DNA from: Podarcis vaucheri
Lineage: Eukaryota
Assembly (NCBI GenBank): GCA_965113315.1
Contig: OZ220368.1
Strand: one strand, 5' to 3'
DNA length: 64,000 nucleotides
Both the position numbers and the translations under genes were made by a program. Under the pieces are notes generated by a model. The model saw nothing but the letters and a program-made list of their open reading frames with translations. It was not told the DNA's origin and searched no databases. This document shows, in pieces, positions 38,445 to 51,439 of this stretch; within the stretch, counting starts at the first letter, position 1; each line of letters begins with the position of its first letter.

Positions 38445-39615
38445 CTTTTAAAAAAGCACACTTCTAGTCCTCAAGGCTTGAAAGTGTGCAAGCAATGCCT
38501 GGTGAAATCTTGGGTTCTGGGGAGGAGATAAGACTGAATAGGAGATACAGGAGGTAGAATTGCAGTGCTCTGCATAGGTTGTGCAGAAGCAAATAAATTC
38601 AATAAATATGCAAATTTTCTCTATATGCATAGTCTATAGAAACTGAAGCTTTACTTGCTGCAGAAATTGGGACTTAAGCAGAATTTTTCCGAAGCAATAT
38701 ATGTATAGGGGTATGTCTGGGGATGGACGGACCGTGAAATGGTTACATTCTCACAATGCTGTACCCTATAAGGTCCTGTAATTCACCACCCGGTTGTCTT
38801 TCTTAGTCCCTCCTCCTTGTTGTCTGGAATCTGTGAAAGTCTGAGGTTTGGCAATAGCTAAGTGCTATAACTTCTGTTTTACCTGTGCTTGGTGCCAACA
38901 GTGTGTCAGGTGCTATTTAGCTTAAAATATTGTTGCACTAAAGAACTGGGCAGGCCTCGGCAGTTCTTCCATGACGACAGCAAGCACCAAGGTTATCTCT
39001 CAGCTGATGACATTATCAGAGCAACTGGGATGGCCAGGAATTGTAGGTTAAATTGCCCATGACAGTTTTACAACAGATTGTATCTGCAAAATGTTTGGCA
39101 CTGCATGCAAAGCCATTGATTACTCCTGCCTCTCCATTCAAGGGCTGCTGTCTTTCAACAGAGCTAAACCAGCCCAGTCCCCTGGACTCCAGTGAAACCC
39201 TGCCAGTTTTACACTCTGCAAAAATTTTATACTGAACTATTTCCAGATTTATGGGATTTGGTTTCCTTGAAAGCATGTGTGAATAAGGCAATGAAAAGGT
39301 CGTTTAAAAACAGTTTTTATTAGCATATTCCTGACAATATTAGGAGCAAATTTGTTTTCTGCGAAATTTCACCTCAGGTCCCATAGAGTGGGAGTTACCT
39401 TAACAACATCTGACTATGCATTATTGGCTTTCTCATGTAGAATGAGCTATCAGTTGTAGATATAGCTCACTCTGCTTATATGGGATGTACTTGCCAAAGA
39501 ATACTTTCTAAACCAGGCAACAAAGTCTCATTATGATAATTGTCCCCACACTGGCCATATTTATTTATTTTTTGCACCACTCAGAATGCAGTGGTTGCTC
39601 CTCATGAAAGGCAGT

Positions 39616-39633
39616 AACAAGAACAAGAACAAG

Positions 39634-39667
<34 letters not shown>

Positions 39668-39690
39668 GCAGCAGCAGCAGCAGCAGCAGC
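39616..39690. repeat. Compound microsatellite (AACAAG)n-(AAC)n-(AGC)n
   Basis: Direct reading. Confidence 0.9.
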
Positions 39691-42655
39691 TCATGATCCC
39701 AGCTTGGAAAAAAAATTCTTTCAGAATCCTGGCAGACAGCCTATGCAAAGACCACTATGCTGTCAGAAATGCAGAAGGGACAGAATGTCAATGGGAGGCT
39801 GATTTTGAGAAAGGTTCATGGGCAAGCACACACATATGCCCTTATAAAAAAGTCTCATGTCTCAGGGCATTCTTAAGAAGAAAATAACCATCAAAGTATC
39901 ATCAAAATACATACAGAGTGAAAAGCTGATATAAGTAAGAATAATTTCTCCCCAGAACAAACAGTACCATACTACTAGAGTTCTGAGTCTCAAATTAATG
40001 CAGTATGAATCAGTGAAAGGCCTTAGTAACTCTTAACTATTACAGCTGTAACTGAATGACTCATCAACCATGAAGACAGAAATCCCATCAATCATTATCA
40101 TTATTGTCCATTGATCAAAAAAAAAATGCACTTGATAAAATAGAATGGGTCTGTGTGTGGTAACAATACAAGTTTGATTGCACTTTGGCACGCTTGCTGA
40201 TCTTGATGCAGCGCATGACTAGTTAAACCAGGGGTTGAAAATCATTACTGCTCCAGGGACCAGTTTTGACAGATGGGCAGAACAATTTACCTGTGACATC
40301 ACTGCGGAAATCCCATGACTGAAAGCTGTGTTGTTTGGCCCATCTGTCAAAATCCATTGTGCATGATTCCCAAATGCCCAATAGCCAGTTGGCTGTTGGT
40401 ATTTGGGAACCACAGCACAAGAGGTGTAGCCAGTTCTATGCCTGGAACTTTGGGAAGCACTGAGCATAGGCCTAGTAAATAAGTTCTTTCTCCTGCCCAC
40501 CAGCTGGGAATGCTGCATTTTCAGGCACTGGCTGAATGAGGGAATTCTTTTTCACACAGCCAATGCCTCCAAAATGCTCCCAGAACAAGGAGTGCCCTCA
40601 CTGCCCATCAATAGAAACTCCTTGCCCTTTCGAGCTGGGCGTGTGCACACACACCACCCATCAGCAGAGTTCAGTTCAAGCTTCTGATTGTTCCTTTGGA
40701 CCCACATCTGCACTTACTCCACACCAGATGCCACATATGTCGTGAATGTCTGAGATCCATGAATGAAAAGGAACCCACTAATTCATTGAATATGTTATGT
40801 GACACTATAATTCCCTTACTAACCCTTTTTATGTGTGTGGTGTCATCTTCCATAGCTACCTGTAACTGCAATATTTCTGTGCAACAAGTGGAACAGAAGT
40901 TTCCTTGGCCATTTGCTAGTTTGATCTAACACGCTAGAGAAAAACTGGAACACACAATATGAGACAGCAGAATGTTGGTAGCTGCATCCCAGCAATCCAT
41001 TATAGCAGCCTTCCCAACCTTATGCCTTCAACTCCTCTCAGCCACAGCCAGCAGAGCTAATAGTCAAGGAAGATAGGAGTTGTGATCCAAAACATCTGGA
41101 AGCACCAAGTTGAGGAAACCCACATTATAGAGTCCAGGTTTAGGACAATGTTTGTTTATTTATCACATTTGTTTCCAGCACTCTGTCCAAGAAGGTCAAG
41201 GTGCAGTGCATGAGATTATTCCTGTTCTTCATCACACCACTGTGGAGTATGTAAGACCAAGATTTGTGCAAGGTCATCAGTAAAACCACTGACTGAGTTG
41301 GGATTTGAACCCAGCTCTCCCTGCTCTACACCCAACACTCTTCCTATTATACAACACTGTGTTTCAATGTGCAGGGTTTAGTACATTTAATTGCATCATT
41401 TAAGACAGGTTTCTTTTTCTTTACCAGCAACCAAGATCCTTCCTAACCCAAGAAGCAAGAGAATCTGAAATTATTCTTCATCTGAGAATGGTACACAACT
41501 TCATATGGATCAAACTGCAGACACCTCACCTAACTGGCTAGCTATTGACCTGTACTCATAGCAAGAACAATGATTCATTTGGCTTGGCCTTCTCCTTTCA
41601 TGTGCTTCAAAGAAATGAATGTTCCTAACCAGGTCAGTAGTTCTGTGACTTGGGGAAAGTCACAAGGCTCTGTGGTGGAAAGTATTCCTTATCACTGGGG
41701 TAACGATGAGGAAGTGTAGTACACCAAGTTCTAAGAATGTCATATTTAAGCCAATATGGAAAAAAGACAACAGAAAAGGTTGGATCAATGAGAACCTTGG
41801 GCCTTAGGTTGAAGAAGGTTTCAGCTGTTTACTAGGTACCAGGAAAAAGGTTCCTCCTGATGCTGTGGTGATCCTGCCATGAAACATGAGATCTGAGGGC
41901 GCTCAGAAAAGGACGCACTTTCTGAAGGTGACTTATCCCTGAAGTGACTGTTGTAAGCAGTGAGAGAACACAATGGCATGTTTTTACCAAACTAAATCCT
42001 ATTGTAAATTATATTTAATTTGGGGAAACTAATTAAACTGATTGGATACATCGTTCTTAGACACTACCGATACAGCAAGTGCATAGAACTGACAGTGTAT
42101 CTTAGCAACAGGCAGCTTAAAATAGCATTTCTAATAGAAGTAGGAACCGGATGGTTGAACTGCGAGTTCTCAAAAGGAAGGAAATAATGAGGTGAAGAAG
42201 CAAACCAGTCTAAAATATCTCACTGTTAAGCATTCCTATCCCCTCGTGAGGCTTTCTAAAACCCACAAGCAATTCACTGGATCTTCTGCAAGTTCACAGT
42301 TATTGTCTGAGCTGGTTTCCATAAACATTACTAGGGAGAACTGGGACTCTCCAACAGTACCCACACAAGCAAAGAATAACTTTCTTAGCAGTGTATAAAC
42401 CTATAGAAAGTGTGCTGTTTAACAGACAAAGCTGTGCTATACTGAGGCAAATCTAGCCTGGAACTGTCTGACGGGAAACAGCTTTTCAAGATCTCTGGGA
42501 GAGGTTGTTCCCGGACAGAAGACCTGGCTTTTCTTATTCCACACCTCATGCAACAGCAAAGTAAATGTATTTGATTTTGTAAGGTAAGGCTGCCTTGGAG
42601 TAAAGGGGGGTGGGGAGGCTGGTAAATAAGGAAGGCCTGTGATCACATGGAGGAA

Positions 42656-42676
42656 GCTGCTGTCCTTGGTGTTGAT
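42656..42676 (-). promoter_or_regulatory. RE1/NRSE-like site (one mismatch in left half)
   Basis: Minus strand ATCAACACCAAGGACAGCAGC vs consensus TTCAGCACCnnGGACAGCGCC. Confidence 0.5.
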
Positions 42677-43018
42677 CCTTCCATCCAGTTCAGCATACAG
42701 TTATAAATTATAAGATAGAGAGACTGTGTTAAAAAGATGAGATTTGTAACTAGCACAGGGCTAAGTAACCATCCCATTAGCGCAAGAATTTCCACTTGTG
42801 CAGTGGATAGCTTATTTACTTTGCTTGGACACAGAGGGAAGACCTGTGTGCACCCCACACCCTCCCCAAATTTGCTCAGGAGGTTGGAGGAACCCCTAGA
42901 ACAGACTGTGCAAAGTCCCATTGTACAAACAGAATCCTTGTGCTGACAGGACAGTTACGTAGTGCTGCATTTGATACCAGCTTATCTTTTCAACACTAAT
43001 GCTGCAATAGATGAGACG

Positions 43019-43039
43019 TTCAGCACCAAGGACAGAATT
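43019..43039 (+). promoter_or_regulatory. RE1/NRSE (REST-binding) site in SLC6A17 intron 1
   Basis: TTCAGCACC-AA-GGACAG is an exact match to the canonical core with a 2-nt spacer. Confidence 0.75.
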
Positions 43040-43313
43040 CTTTCTCCATGTGTCATAATTTCCTTCTTTTGGGACAATGTAAGCTTCCTGTTTTACTGCA
43101 TGCAGGCCATATCAGAATATGGACTTTCTTTTGTTTTCTTTTTGCCACACATCTCCTCATATTTGCCAGTAGCCCATCAGAAAGCTTCACTGATCCCAAT
43201 TATCAAAATATAAGCATAGTAAGCTTATTAGAATGACCTACATTCTTACCATCAGCTTGGTTTGGGAAGTCAACCACCAATACACCTTTTACTACCATCA
43301 GATCCAAAAGATT

Positions 43314-43465
43314 GTGCCTGGATAGCTCAGTTGGTTACAGCATGGTGCTGATAACACCAAGGTTGCAGGTTTGATCCCCATATGGGACAGTTGCATATTC
43401 CTGCATTGGGGTTTCACTAGATTATTCACAGGGTCCCTTCCAACTCTACAGTTCTCTCATTCTGT
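43314..43465 (+). mobile_element. SINE with tRNA-Ile-like head and CR1-like tail
   Basis: TAGCTCAGTTGGTT..GCATGGTGCTGATAACACCAAGGTTGCAGGTTTGATCCC, then GGTCCCTTCCAACTCTAC..TTCT (CR1 3' end). Confidence 0.7.
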
Positions 43466-46400
43466 GCCAATATCAAATGAACTGTTTTGAAGCAAGTCTT
43501 GAATCAAGGTTAGACGTCATGAAAAGAATATTATTACAATATAGCTATATGCCTGTAGCATAATGAGCTACATGGTTATTATCCCATAAAACATATTCTT
43601 TGTCTTCTGATGTCATTTGTTCCTGCAAACTCCTCCTTCATCCTGCTGTCTGCCATGCCATCCCTCTTGATGATGCCATTGACTGATCTGCTCCAAAGTC
43701 CACGTGGGGATTCCAAGTAATGTGCCATCAGTCCTCTGGCTGTCTTCGACTCAGCTGCTCTGATGTTGCAAAGGCAGCAGCCTTAAACCATGCAGCTGAG
43801 GGCTAAAGAGAATTTAGCAGACACGGTTGGAACCCCAAGGCCCACAAGCAACTGCTGTTACATTCAGCTATGTATGGTAGGCATGTGTTATCACCATTAA
43901 ACATATGACTAAGGCAGATTGAGGGTGGAGGTGCCTAAGGCCACTCAATAAATTCATGTGAGAGCAGAGATTTGAAGAGAGTAGTTTCCCATGTCATGTT
44001 ACCCTTGCACAGCAACCCTCTGCATGCTCAGTAAAGTAGACACACCTAGGGATACTATAGTTTGCCATGTTCATACATGGCATCTGATGATGTTGGCAAA
44101 AACGTGCTGCTCCAAACTGGGTCAGCTTGCAGTGGCACTTCTGTATGAGAGGCATTGTGCTATTGTGGTGGTTGGCATTCCCAGCCTTAAAATGAGTTTT
44201 CCTAGTGCAGTTTTTTGCGAGGTCAAGCCAGGAGAGCATCTGCTTTGCATGCAGAAGGTGCCACCTTCAATCCCCTGGATCACCAGGCAGGACAGGAGGT
44301 GACCCCTGCCTGAAACCCTGGAGAGCCACTGTTAGTGTAATACAGAATGGACCAATGGTCTGACTTGGTGTAAGTCAGCTTTCTAAAGTCCCCCTGATCC
44401 TAATTTCTTACACTGATGCTGCACGGATGTGAATAATAGAAATTAACCCAGGGAGTGAGAAGAAATAAATTGTGTTATCCTGTTTCATTTATTTCAGGCA
44501 CAATTCACAGGGGAAAATTTCCTCTGCAAGCAGCACTCACTGAAGTGAGTAAGAATTGCTTAAGAGCAAAGCCCACTGTTCAGCTCGCACTGGTGCCTTA
44601 CAATGGATAGCAGAGAGGTATCACAAGAGACACACTTTGTATGCTGATATGTGCAATGTTAGCACAGGTTCTCTATTCGCACCTTCCAGCTTCTTTGGGG
44701 AGGGGGATTGTTCCTTATGCTGGTGACCTTTAGCACACAAACAACCCACAAAACTCACCCCATATGGCCTTCTGTCTGAATGGATATTGCCAGAGCTAAG
44801 TATATCCTTCAATGGTGTGATTGTATCTCTCAAGTGCAAAAATGACACTGGGCACAAAATTCAGCACCCTAAAAAGCCCCACAGCTTTCATATGGGGAAA
44901 ACAGAGTTTCTAGCTCTCAAGAGGCTATGAAGACAAGCTTGGAAGTAGATGAGTGGCACTCCCTTATCAAATATCAGGAGGAGGGCTGAGCAGGATTTCT
45001 TGTGCCTGGATTTGTTCTGTTTTCCCCAGTAATAATCTAAAACAGAAGCAATTCTACAGAACATGCAACAATAGTCAAATTGGCCTGCTTTAAAAATTTA
45101 CATCAGTCAGACAATTCTGGGGTGTGATTTTTCAATAAGAATTTGAGCAAAATTGGCGAAGAATTTTGTTGCTGCTGTTGGTTATACTGCCCTAAACATT
45201 GTTAACAATATAATGGATCTTCTTTCCAAAGACCTGCTATCAGATGCTAAAAATGGGCCAATGCCCAGAATCTTGGACCTTAGAGACTTGAGATCAAATC
45301 CCTGCCGAGCCATGAATTCACTGGGTATTGGGCACATCACACTCTCTCAGCCCAATTATTCTGCTGCAAAACATGGATAATAACAACATATGGCACAGGT
45401 TTGTTGTGAGCTGGAATACAGGGGTGGGGGTGGGGAAATAGTGTTTTTGCATGGTGGCAGAACAATCCTATTGGGGAGAGGGAAGGATTCTGCAGTGGAG
45501 CTAAAAACACTTCTTAAACCCCGACAGCTTGCTGCCAGGCAAGGGTGGGGGTCAGGAGACTGCTTTTTCTTACCCTTTTCTTTGCCATTTTCCACCACCC
45601 TTCCCATTGCCGTCAGTGGGAGGAAATTAACCATGGCAGTGTACAGGACTCCTCTTAAGGCCATGTTATGTAAATGAGGGTGCTTAGGATCCTGTGCATC
45701 CTCAACACAGAGACACCCAAGTATCCTCCCCCCTGCCCCCCCCCCCACTGTATGGGACATCCCAACAGCAAGCCTCTTTCCACTTGGCAGCAGAGAAGCA
45801 CTTATGCTGCATCTAAGAGCTGCTTGGCTGGTCTGTGGTCACCTTTAGCATCTTAAAAGTGCTATCAGGTAGGATTCAGCTGTGTTGCTGCACAAGCAGA
45901 ATGAAGTCCACTCACTGAACAAGAATTAAGCTGCCTCTCCTCCCCTTGTGCTCCCTAAATCTTTGCTCTGGAGGATGGGGGCGGGGTACCCAAAACAGGA
46001 GCATGTGGGAGTTCCCTTGCCAAGCAGACCTCGTCCCACTCACAGATACCCCAATTAATGCCATGTTGAATTCCACTTGTAGGCCTTTATTATTAATAAT
46101 TTTATTACTAGTAATAAAAGACGTCACAGCTTACTCCAACAGCACTCTTATGAGGGGCTCAAGACTTATTTCACAGCATTGCATTTGGGAGTCTCTCAGG
46201 GAGAGCTAGGGAGTCAACTACAAAACACATCTCAACTCTTCGTGTCCCCACATCAATACTTTCATAGATGTCTCCATTTGTTTTCATATCTCAAAGGAGA
46301 GAGAGAGAGAGAGAGAGAGAGACTTTGCACCATCATTGGCCAGAAAATGAGTAAAAAGGGGCTATTCATCCAATACAGGCCATGTTCATTTCTTGTTTGG

Positions 46401-46679
46401 TATCATAGCAGCATATATAAGTTATAACAATATGACCCTGTATTTGAAGGCAGTGAAAGCCAGTAATCATATGACTCCCTTAATGATGTGAATGCATTCA
46501 CAAGGTGGAGTTTTTCTATTTAGAGCCTGAGGGCAAATTGGTTCTTTACTACAAAAACAGAAGGCTAATCTTCCCATGGAAATCAGAAGCAGGGGACTCA
46601 GGATTAAAACTGGGGGCTGCACCTTCATGAAAGACAGCATTGCCAACATAAACTATATTCACCATCTTACTGTCTTGCA

Positions 46680-46770
46680 GCAAAAGCAACAGAGTCTTGT
46701 GGCACCTTAAATTAGGTCAACAAAACTTACAATGGCGCAAGCTTTCGTGGACTATAGTTCACTTCCAATA
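46680..46770 (-). mobile_element. Penelope-like terminal repeat fragment (related copy at ~745-830)
   Basis: AGAGTCTTGTGGCACCTTAA...AAGCTTTCGTGGACT is reverse-complementary to the 750-815 motif TTAGTCTTTAAGGTGCCA. Confidence 0.45.
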
Positions 46771-47210
46771 TGTACCCGCAGGAATACGGTTCACTTCCAA
46801 TACATACCCACTTTCTCCCCTTGCTCTGATATACATTCCCCTCCCCTCTGTCTCTGATCTTGGAGGGTTGCTGATAACAAAGAAAGGAGGCCAAAAAAAA
46901 TGGCTTCGCTAACTCCCCTGGGAGACATGAAGACAGAGGAGGAGCAGAGCGATGCAGGTGTGAGGCCCAAAGCTGCTGAAAGAGAAAAGGTCACCCTTGA
47001 GGAAGGGCAAGAGGAGAGGGACAGATGGAGAGATGGCACTGCTGAATGATGTCAGGAGGACCCCCCCAGAGGCCACCAGCAATGCATTCTCCATGATTAA
47101 TAATGGATGTGGCACTTCTAGCTGCGCCAAGTGCCTTGCCATTTTAAAACTCATTTTAAATCTCTCATCCTCCTTCTGCGCACGCACGCACACACATACA
47201 CACATACGCA

Positions 47211-47330
47211 CATAGTTTAGTCAGTAGAGCATGACTCTTAATCTCATGTGGGTTTGAGCCCCATGCCGGGAAAAAATATTCTTGCACCCTTGTGGTCCAT
47301 CCCAACTCTACAATTCTATGATACTATTAT
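47211..47330 (+). mobile_element. Degenerate SINE with tRNA-Lys(CTT)-like head and CR1-like tail
   Basis: GTAGAGCATGACTCTTAATCTCA..GTGGGTTTGAGCCCCA, then CCAACTCTACAATTCTATGAT. Confidence 0.6.
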
Positions 47331-47690
47331 TCTTGTCACATTAGAAATGGGGAGCAGACCCAGGGCCACGCAGAGGCTAAGCTAGAAATGGAACCCTGAA
47401 CTCCTAGACCCAACATTCTGTCTGAGAGTCCCTATTGACTCTCAGCATCAGAGAATGAGCTTTCTAGAAGACAGACAAGCAAATGGAAACTTTATTATTC
47501 CCTTGAGAACATCAAGATGGATAGAGATGCCCTTCTAAAAGGATGCTTCTCTGCAGCTAAAAATAAGTCACAGGCTAGGAAGATCCATATGGGCTGTGCA
47601 ACAGAAGAGACCCTGCTGGATTATCCGACAGTTTTATCTAACCTTAGGATCTGTGAAACATATGTCCGCAAACAGGAAGGGCCAAAACCA

Positions 47691-47865
47691 GGGGAAGAGC
47701 CATAGCTCAGTGGCAGAGCATCTGCTTTGCATACAGAAAGTCTCAGGTCCAATCCCTTGCATCTCCAGATAGGCCTAGGAAAGACCCTTGTATGAAGCCC
47801 ATGAGAGCCGCTATTAGTTAGTGTGGACAATATCAAGCTTGATATATGTCAGCTTTCTAAGTTCA
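47691..47865 (+). mobile_element. tRNA-Ala-like-head SINE (Squam2/Anolis SINE2-like)
   Basis: GCCATAGCTCAGTGGCAGAGCATCTGCTTTGCATACAGAAAG..CAGGTCCAATCCC; related copies at ~26560-26730 (-) and ~44230-44390. Confidence 0.65.
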
Positions 47866-49029
47866 TTATTAAGCTATAGTGGCATGCTGCATAGTAATTC
47901 AATGTCATTTGTAGAGAGAGTCACATGCCACGTTGGCCTTCCAATTAGGTGGTCGTGGTGGAGATCTAGGAACATACTAATATGGAACAGTACTTTTCTT
48001 GCTGCAGCAGAAGAGGGAAGGTACATCCTGAACTCTTGGCACATGTGCTTCTGCTGCTTATGCACAACAAGGAATGAACAAAGGTTGGAGGACCTGATGC
48101 TATGAGCGAGGGAAGAGGTGGGAAAGTGAGCTGAGGCTGGATATGAAGCATAAATGGTTAGGAAGTCATGGAACATCAAGGCATGGGGTGCAGGGCATAT
48201 TGGAGGAAATGGAAACCAGATAGTCCAATAAGGGGTCTGTTCATCCAGCTGCAGGACGTGGAATGGTAGTGAAGGAGGCCTTATCAGAGAGGACCAGGTG
48301 AGGTGGGACAGGGGATGATCCTCCAGCAGCCTGAGGATGGTGCCATTAAATGGTGCAGTAGGCACCATTTAAACATTTCTTCTGGGGCACTAAAACACCC
48401 ACATAGCTTGCACATAGCTCCTGAGATAGGAATTTTATTCCAGATTCACTCTGGTTTAAGCAAAAGTGTTAATGGAACTTTGCACACATGCTTCCAATTG
48501 CAAATGCAAATCAGGAGCAAACACCATACACACAATCTATTTTTTTAGGCAGTTATGCTACAGTCAGAGCTGCTTCTTAATAGGAAGGCTATTTGGATCT
48601 ATCACTTTCCACTTCCAAACCCCATTCAAGTACGTACGTCAATAGCTGATGACTTGGATTGTATTTTAAAAGGGTTTATTGATCATTTCAAAAAGAGCAT
48701 ACTAAAAAAGGAAGATTCAATGCATAGGAATTATATCAAAAACAATGGCATCTTTTTTCCCCACCAAGGCTAAAAGCAGATCCAATGCAACCAACATTTT
48801 CACAAATGCCCAGGCTTTTTTTAAAAAAGAAACAAGACAAACATCTAGCATCCTCTCCCCCACCCTAAACCACAGCTTAGGAGTCAAATGAATGCAGCTT
48901 CTTGTGGCCCGTCTTCTATACCCCTAACTTCTGTGATGAATTACCCCAGAGAGAGGTGGGGCCAAGCGAGCCAGGATTCAAGCGCCGGCGTTTCATTATT
49001 CATGAGGACGGAGTGGTTTCTGCTTCCTT

Positions 49030-49793
49030 TCCCAATGTTACAATCAAGGTCACACTTCAGGCTGCGTGGATTTCAGGATGGCCACTGACGATCTATATAC
49101 CCCGCTCCCCACCCCATACTTACTTAAAATGTCAGCTCTCCAAGCATCTCTTCGGAAGGGATCGTGGCAATCCCTCCGGGCTTCAGCAAAGGGCGATTTG
49201 CTCGTCTCTCTCTCTCCCCCCCCCCCCATCTATCTCGCCCAAACGTGCCTCCTTCCGTTCCGCATCGCTGGCTATTTTTAGGCTTCAGGTGACGCGCCTC
49301 CTCGCCTTGCTCCCTTTTCCCTTTTCTCCACCCTTGGTCCACCTGCCTTCCTCCTCCCCAGTTGCTAGGCGAGATCCTTTTTCCATCCTCGCCTAGCAAC
49401 CGGGAGTTTCCTCTTTCCCTCTCTCCCCCCCCCCGTGTCCTTTTGGTAAAGCGATGGAAACAAGCAGATCCTACCTGCGTACCGGGAAGAAACAGAGGGA
49501 AGACGAAGGAGAAGGCGCGAGGAGGCGCCGCCCCTGCCCCCAAAGGGCTCACTCTTCCTTACCTTCCTTACCAGCGGGATGCCCGCCCCGTCGGCGCGCC
49601 GTCGAGGAACTCCTGCGGGACGCAGGACGGAAGGCGGCTGCGCTGGGCCGGGCGGACCTGTGACAACTCGCCGGGGAAAGTGCTCTGGCGGCTGGGCAAT
49701 GGGAAGAAGGCAAAGCCGCGCGCCCTGACCTGACGCGCGCCTCGGCTTCCCCAGGTGGCCGCGCTGCGCTCGGGCCGCTCTTCGCCCAGTTGC

Positions 49794-49847
<54 letters not shown>

Positions 49848-50380
49848 GCTTCTCCTCCTCCTCCCCGAAGGCTCGCTCTTCCTGCGGCTCTCTCAGGTCC
49901 GTCGGCTCGTCGCCGTCGAGAGCCCACGGAGCAGGCTGCGTCGTCGTCGTAGAGGCGAGAGCACCTTGGCGCGGCTCGCCTTTCCCCAGGCAAGGAGAGC
50001 GTCTTTTGGCCGGGCGCGCGTGACGTAGGCTTGAGTCACTCGCCGACGCGCGTCAGTGGGAAAGCGCGGGGCTTCGGCTGGCAACGGTCTGGGCTCGCCG
50101 CCCTTCGGGGATCCGGCGGCGGGAGGGGGTCGCGGGGGAGCAGCCAGCCGCCTCTCCCGCACACACACCCGGCGCCCCAGAGCGGTGGCATGGGGGCCCG
50201 AGCGGGGTTGGACGCTGCTGCTGCTCCGCGGACCCTCCCTGGCAGGGCCAACCAACACCTGATGCTTCGGTGAAAGGCGCGCTTTTCCCGGCATGCCTCG
50301 GGCGAGCCGCTTGGGCACTGCGGGAAAGTGTCCGCAATCGCGAGCAGCCTGGGGTGTGGATGGACGTGCTGCCACCTGGA
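49030..50380. promoter_or_regulatory. CpG island: SLC6A17 promoter and non-coding exon 1 (exon 3' end at ~49572 or 49563)
   Basis: This is the only CpG island upstream of the SLC6A17 exon-2 acceptor. Strong minus-strand donors CTG|GTAAGG and AAG|GTAAGG; AP-1 and CRE half-sites at 50021-50055. TSS not determinable. Confidence 0.75.
49797..49846 (-). repeat. (CAG)16 trinucleotide repeat in predicted SLC6A17 5'UTR
   Basis: Uninterrupted (GCT)16 on the + strand. Confidence 0.92.
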
Positions 50381-51439
50381 AGGTCAGAAGAGTTCCAACG
50401 CATATAGGCAAGGCAGTATTATCAAGGGCCCAGAGTTTGGGTCTGAAGAATCAGGAACTTCCCAGCTCAGAGAGCTCAAGCTCGGGAGCAGTCTAAAGGC
50501 CACACACTTGAAAAGATCCAGCCAGGGCAGCCTCACCACACAGACAGGGATCTGTCTAAAAAGTTGTGTGCTCCGAGAGGAAAGCAGAAAAGGAAGAAGC
50601 CCAAACCAAGGAACTAGTGCCATCATCAGCTCCTGAAGTGGCACCAATGCCCTGAGGCCGCTTGTCCTTGTTTTGGTGTTTTAAATGGTAAAGCGCCTTT
50701 GGCAGAATGGCAGTATTATTCTGAAGGATCCACTAAGCACATTGCATAAAATGATGCAATGTAATCACATTCCTAGCCACTCTTACACATTCCACTGCTC
50801 GGGTGGCATATCCTCCACTCAAAGTCTATTTTCATCTGGTCATGAGTGTCCCCACCCATTGCCCTCCATCCCATCTCACTTCCCCCCTCCCATTACTGGC
50901 AACTGATGGTCGGTTGTCCAGCTGTGAGCTTCTTAATCATTTCCCCCCCAGGACTGGAGGTCTTCAGTGACCAAGAGCAGGGAGGGAGAGCCACCTGTGG
51001 CAATTGGTTCTGCTGCATGGTGGTACAATCTTTACTCCCCCACCCCCCAAAATGGAGGTCTGCTCACTGCCGAAGGGCAGAGAGGGAGAGGCCAAGTTCA
51101 GCAGCAATCAATGTAATTAACCACTCATGGTTGACCAAATTCTACCATGACCCACCCAGCAATAAAACACCAAGTCTCACTCTGGGTTGCTGTCTTTTGA
51201 CGAGGCAGTTGGTAAGCGCTGCAAGGACTGGGGCAAGTGCCCCCTCCCTGCCTGATGCAGAGCTTGGTGAGAGGGTGCATTCAATCTTGCAACCTCCTGC
51301 ACGAGCACCTGGCTGGTCAAGGAGCATAAAAGCTCAACTGCTCACTGGGGCAGGATATTGCCAACATGTGAAGCTACTGGACCAAGTTCCAGCTGCTGGT
51401 TTTGGTGTATAAAGCCTTTGCAGCTTGGGACCAGGATAT

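Noticed and set aside
38334-38531. Poly-Phe / poly-Lys ORFs
   Set aside because: These are translations of the SINE (CTT)n tail.
43314-43390. Possible functional tRNA-Ile gene (also tRNA-like heads at 47211 and 47691)
   Set aside because: Degenerate stems and B box, each fused to a LINE-derived tail, so these are SINEs.
49568-50023. Poly-Ala / poly-Cys ORFs
   Set aside because: Non-ATG starts and products of the CAG/CTG repeat in the CpG island.
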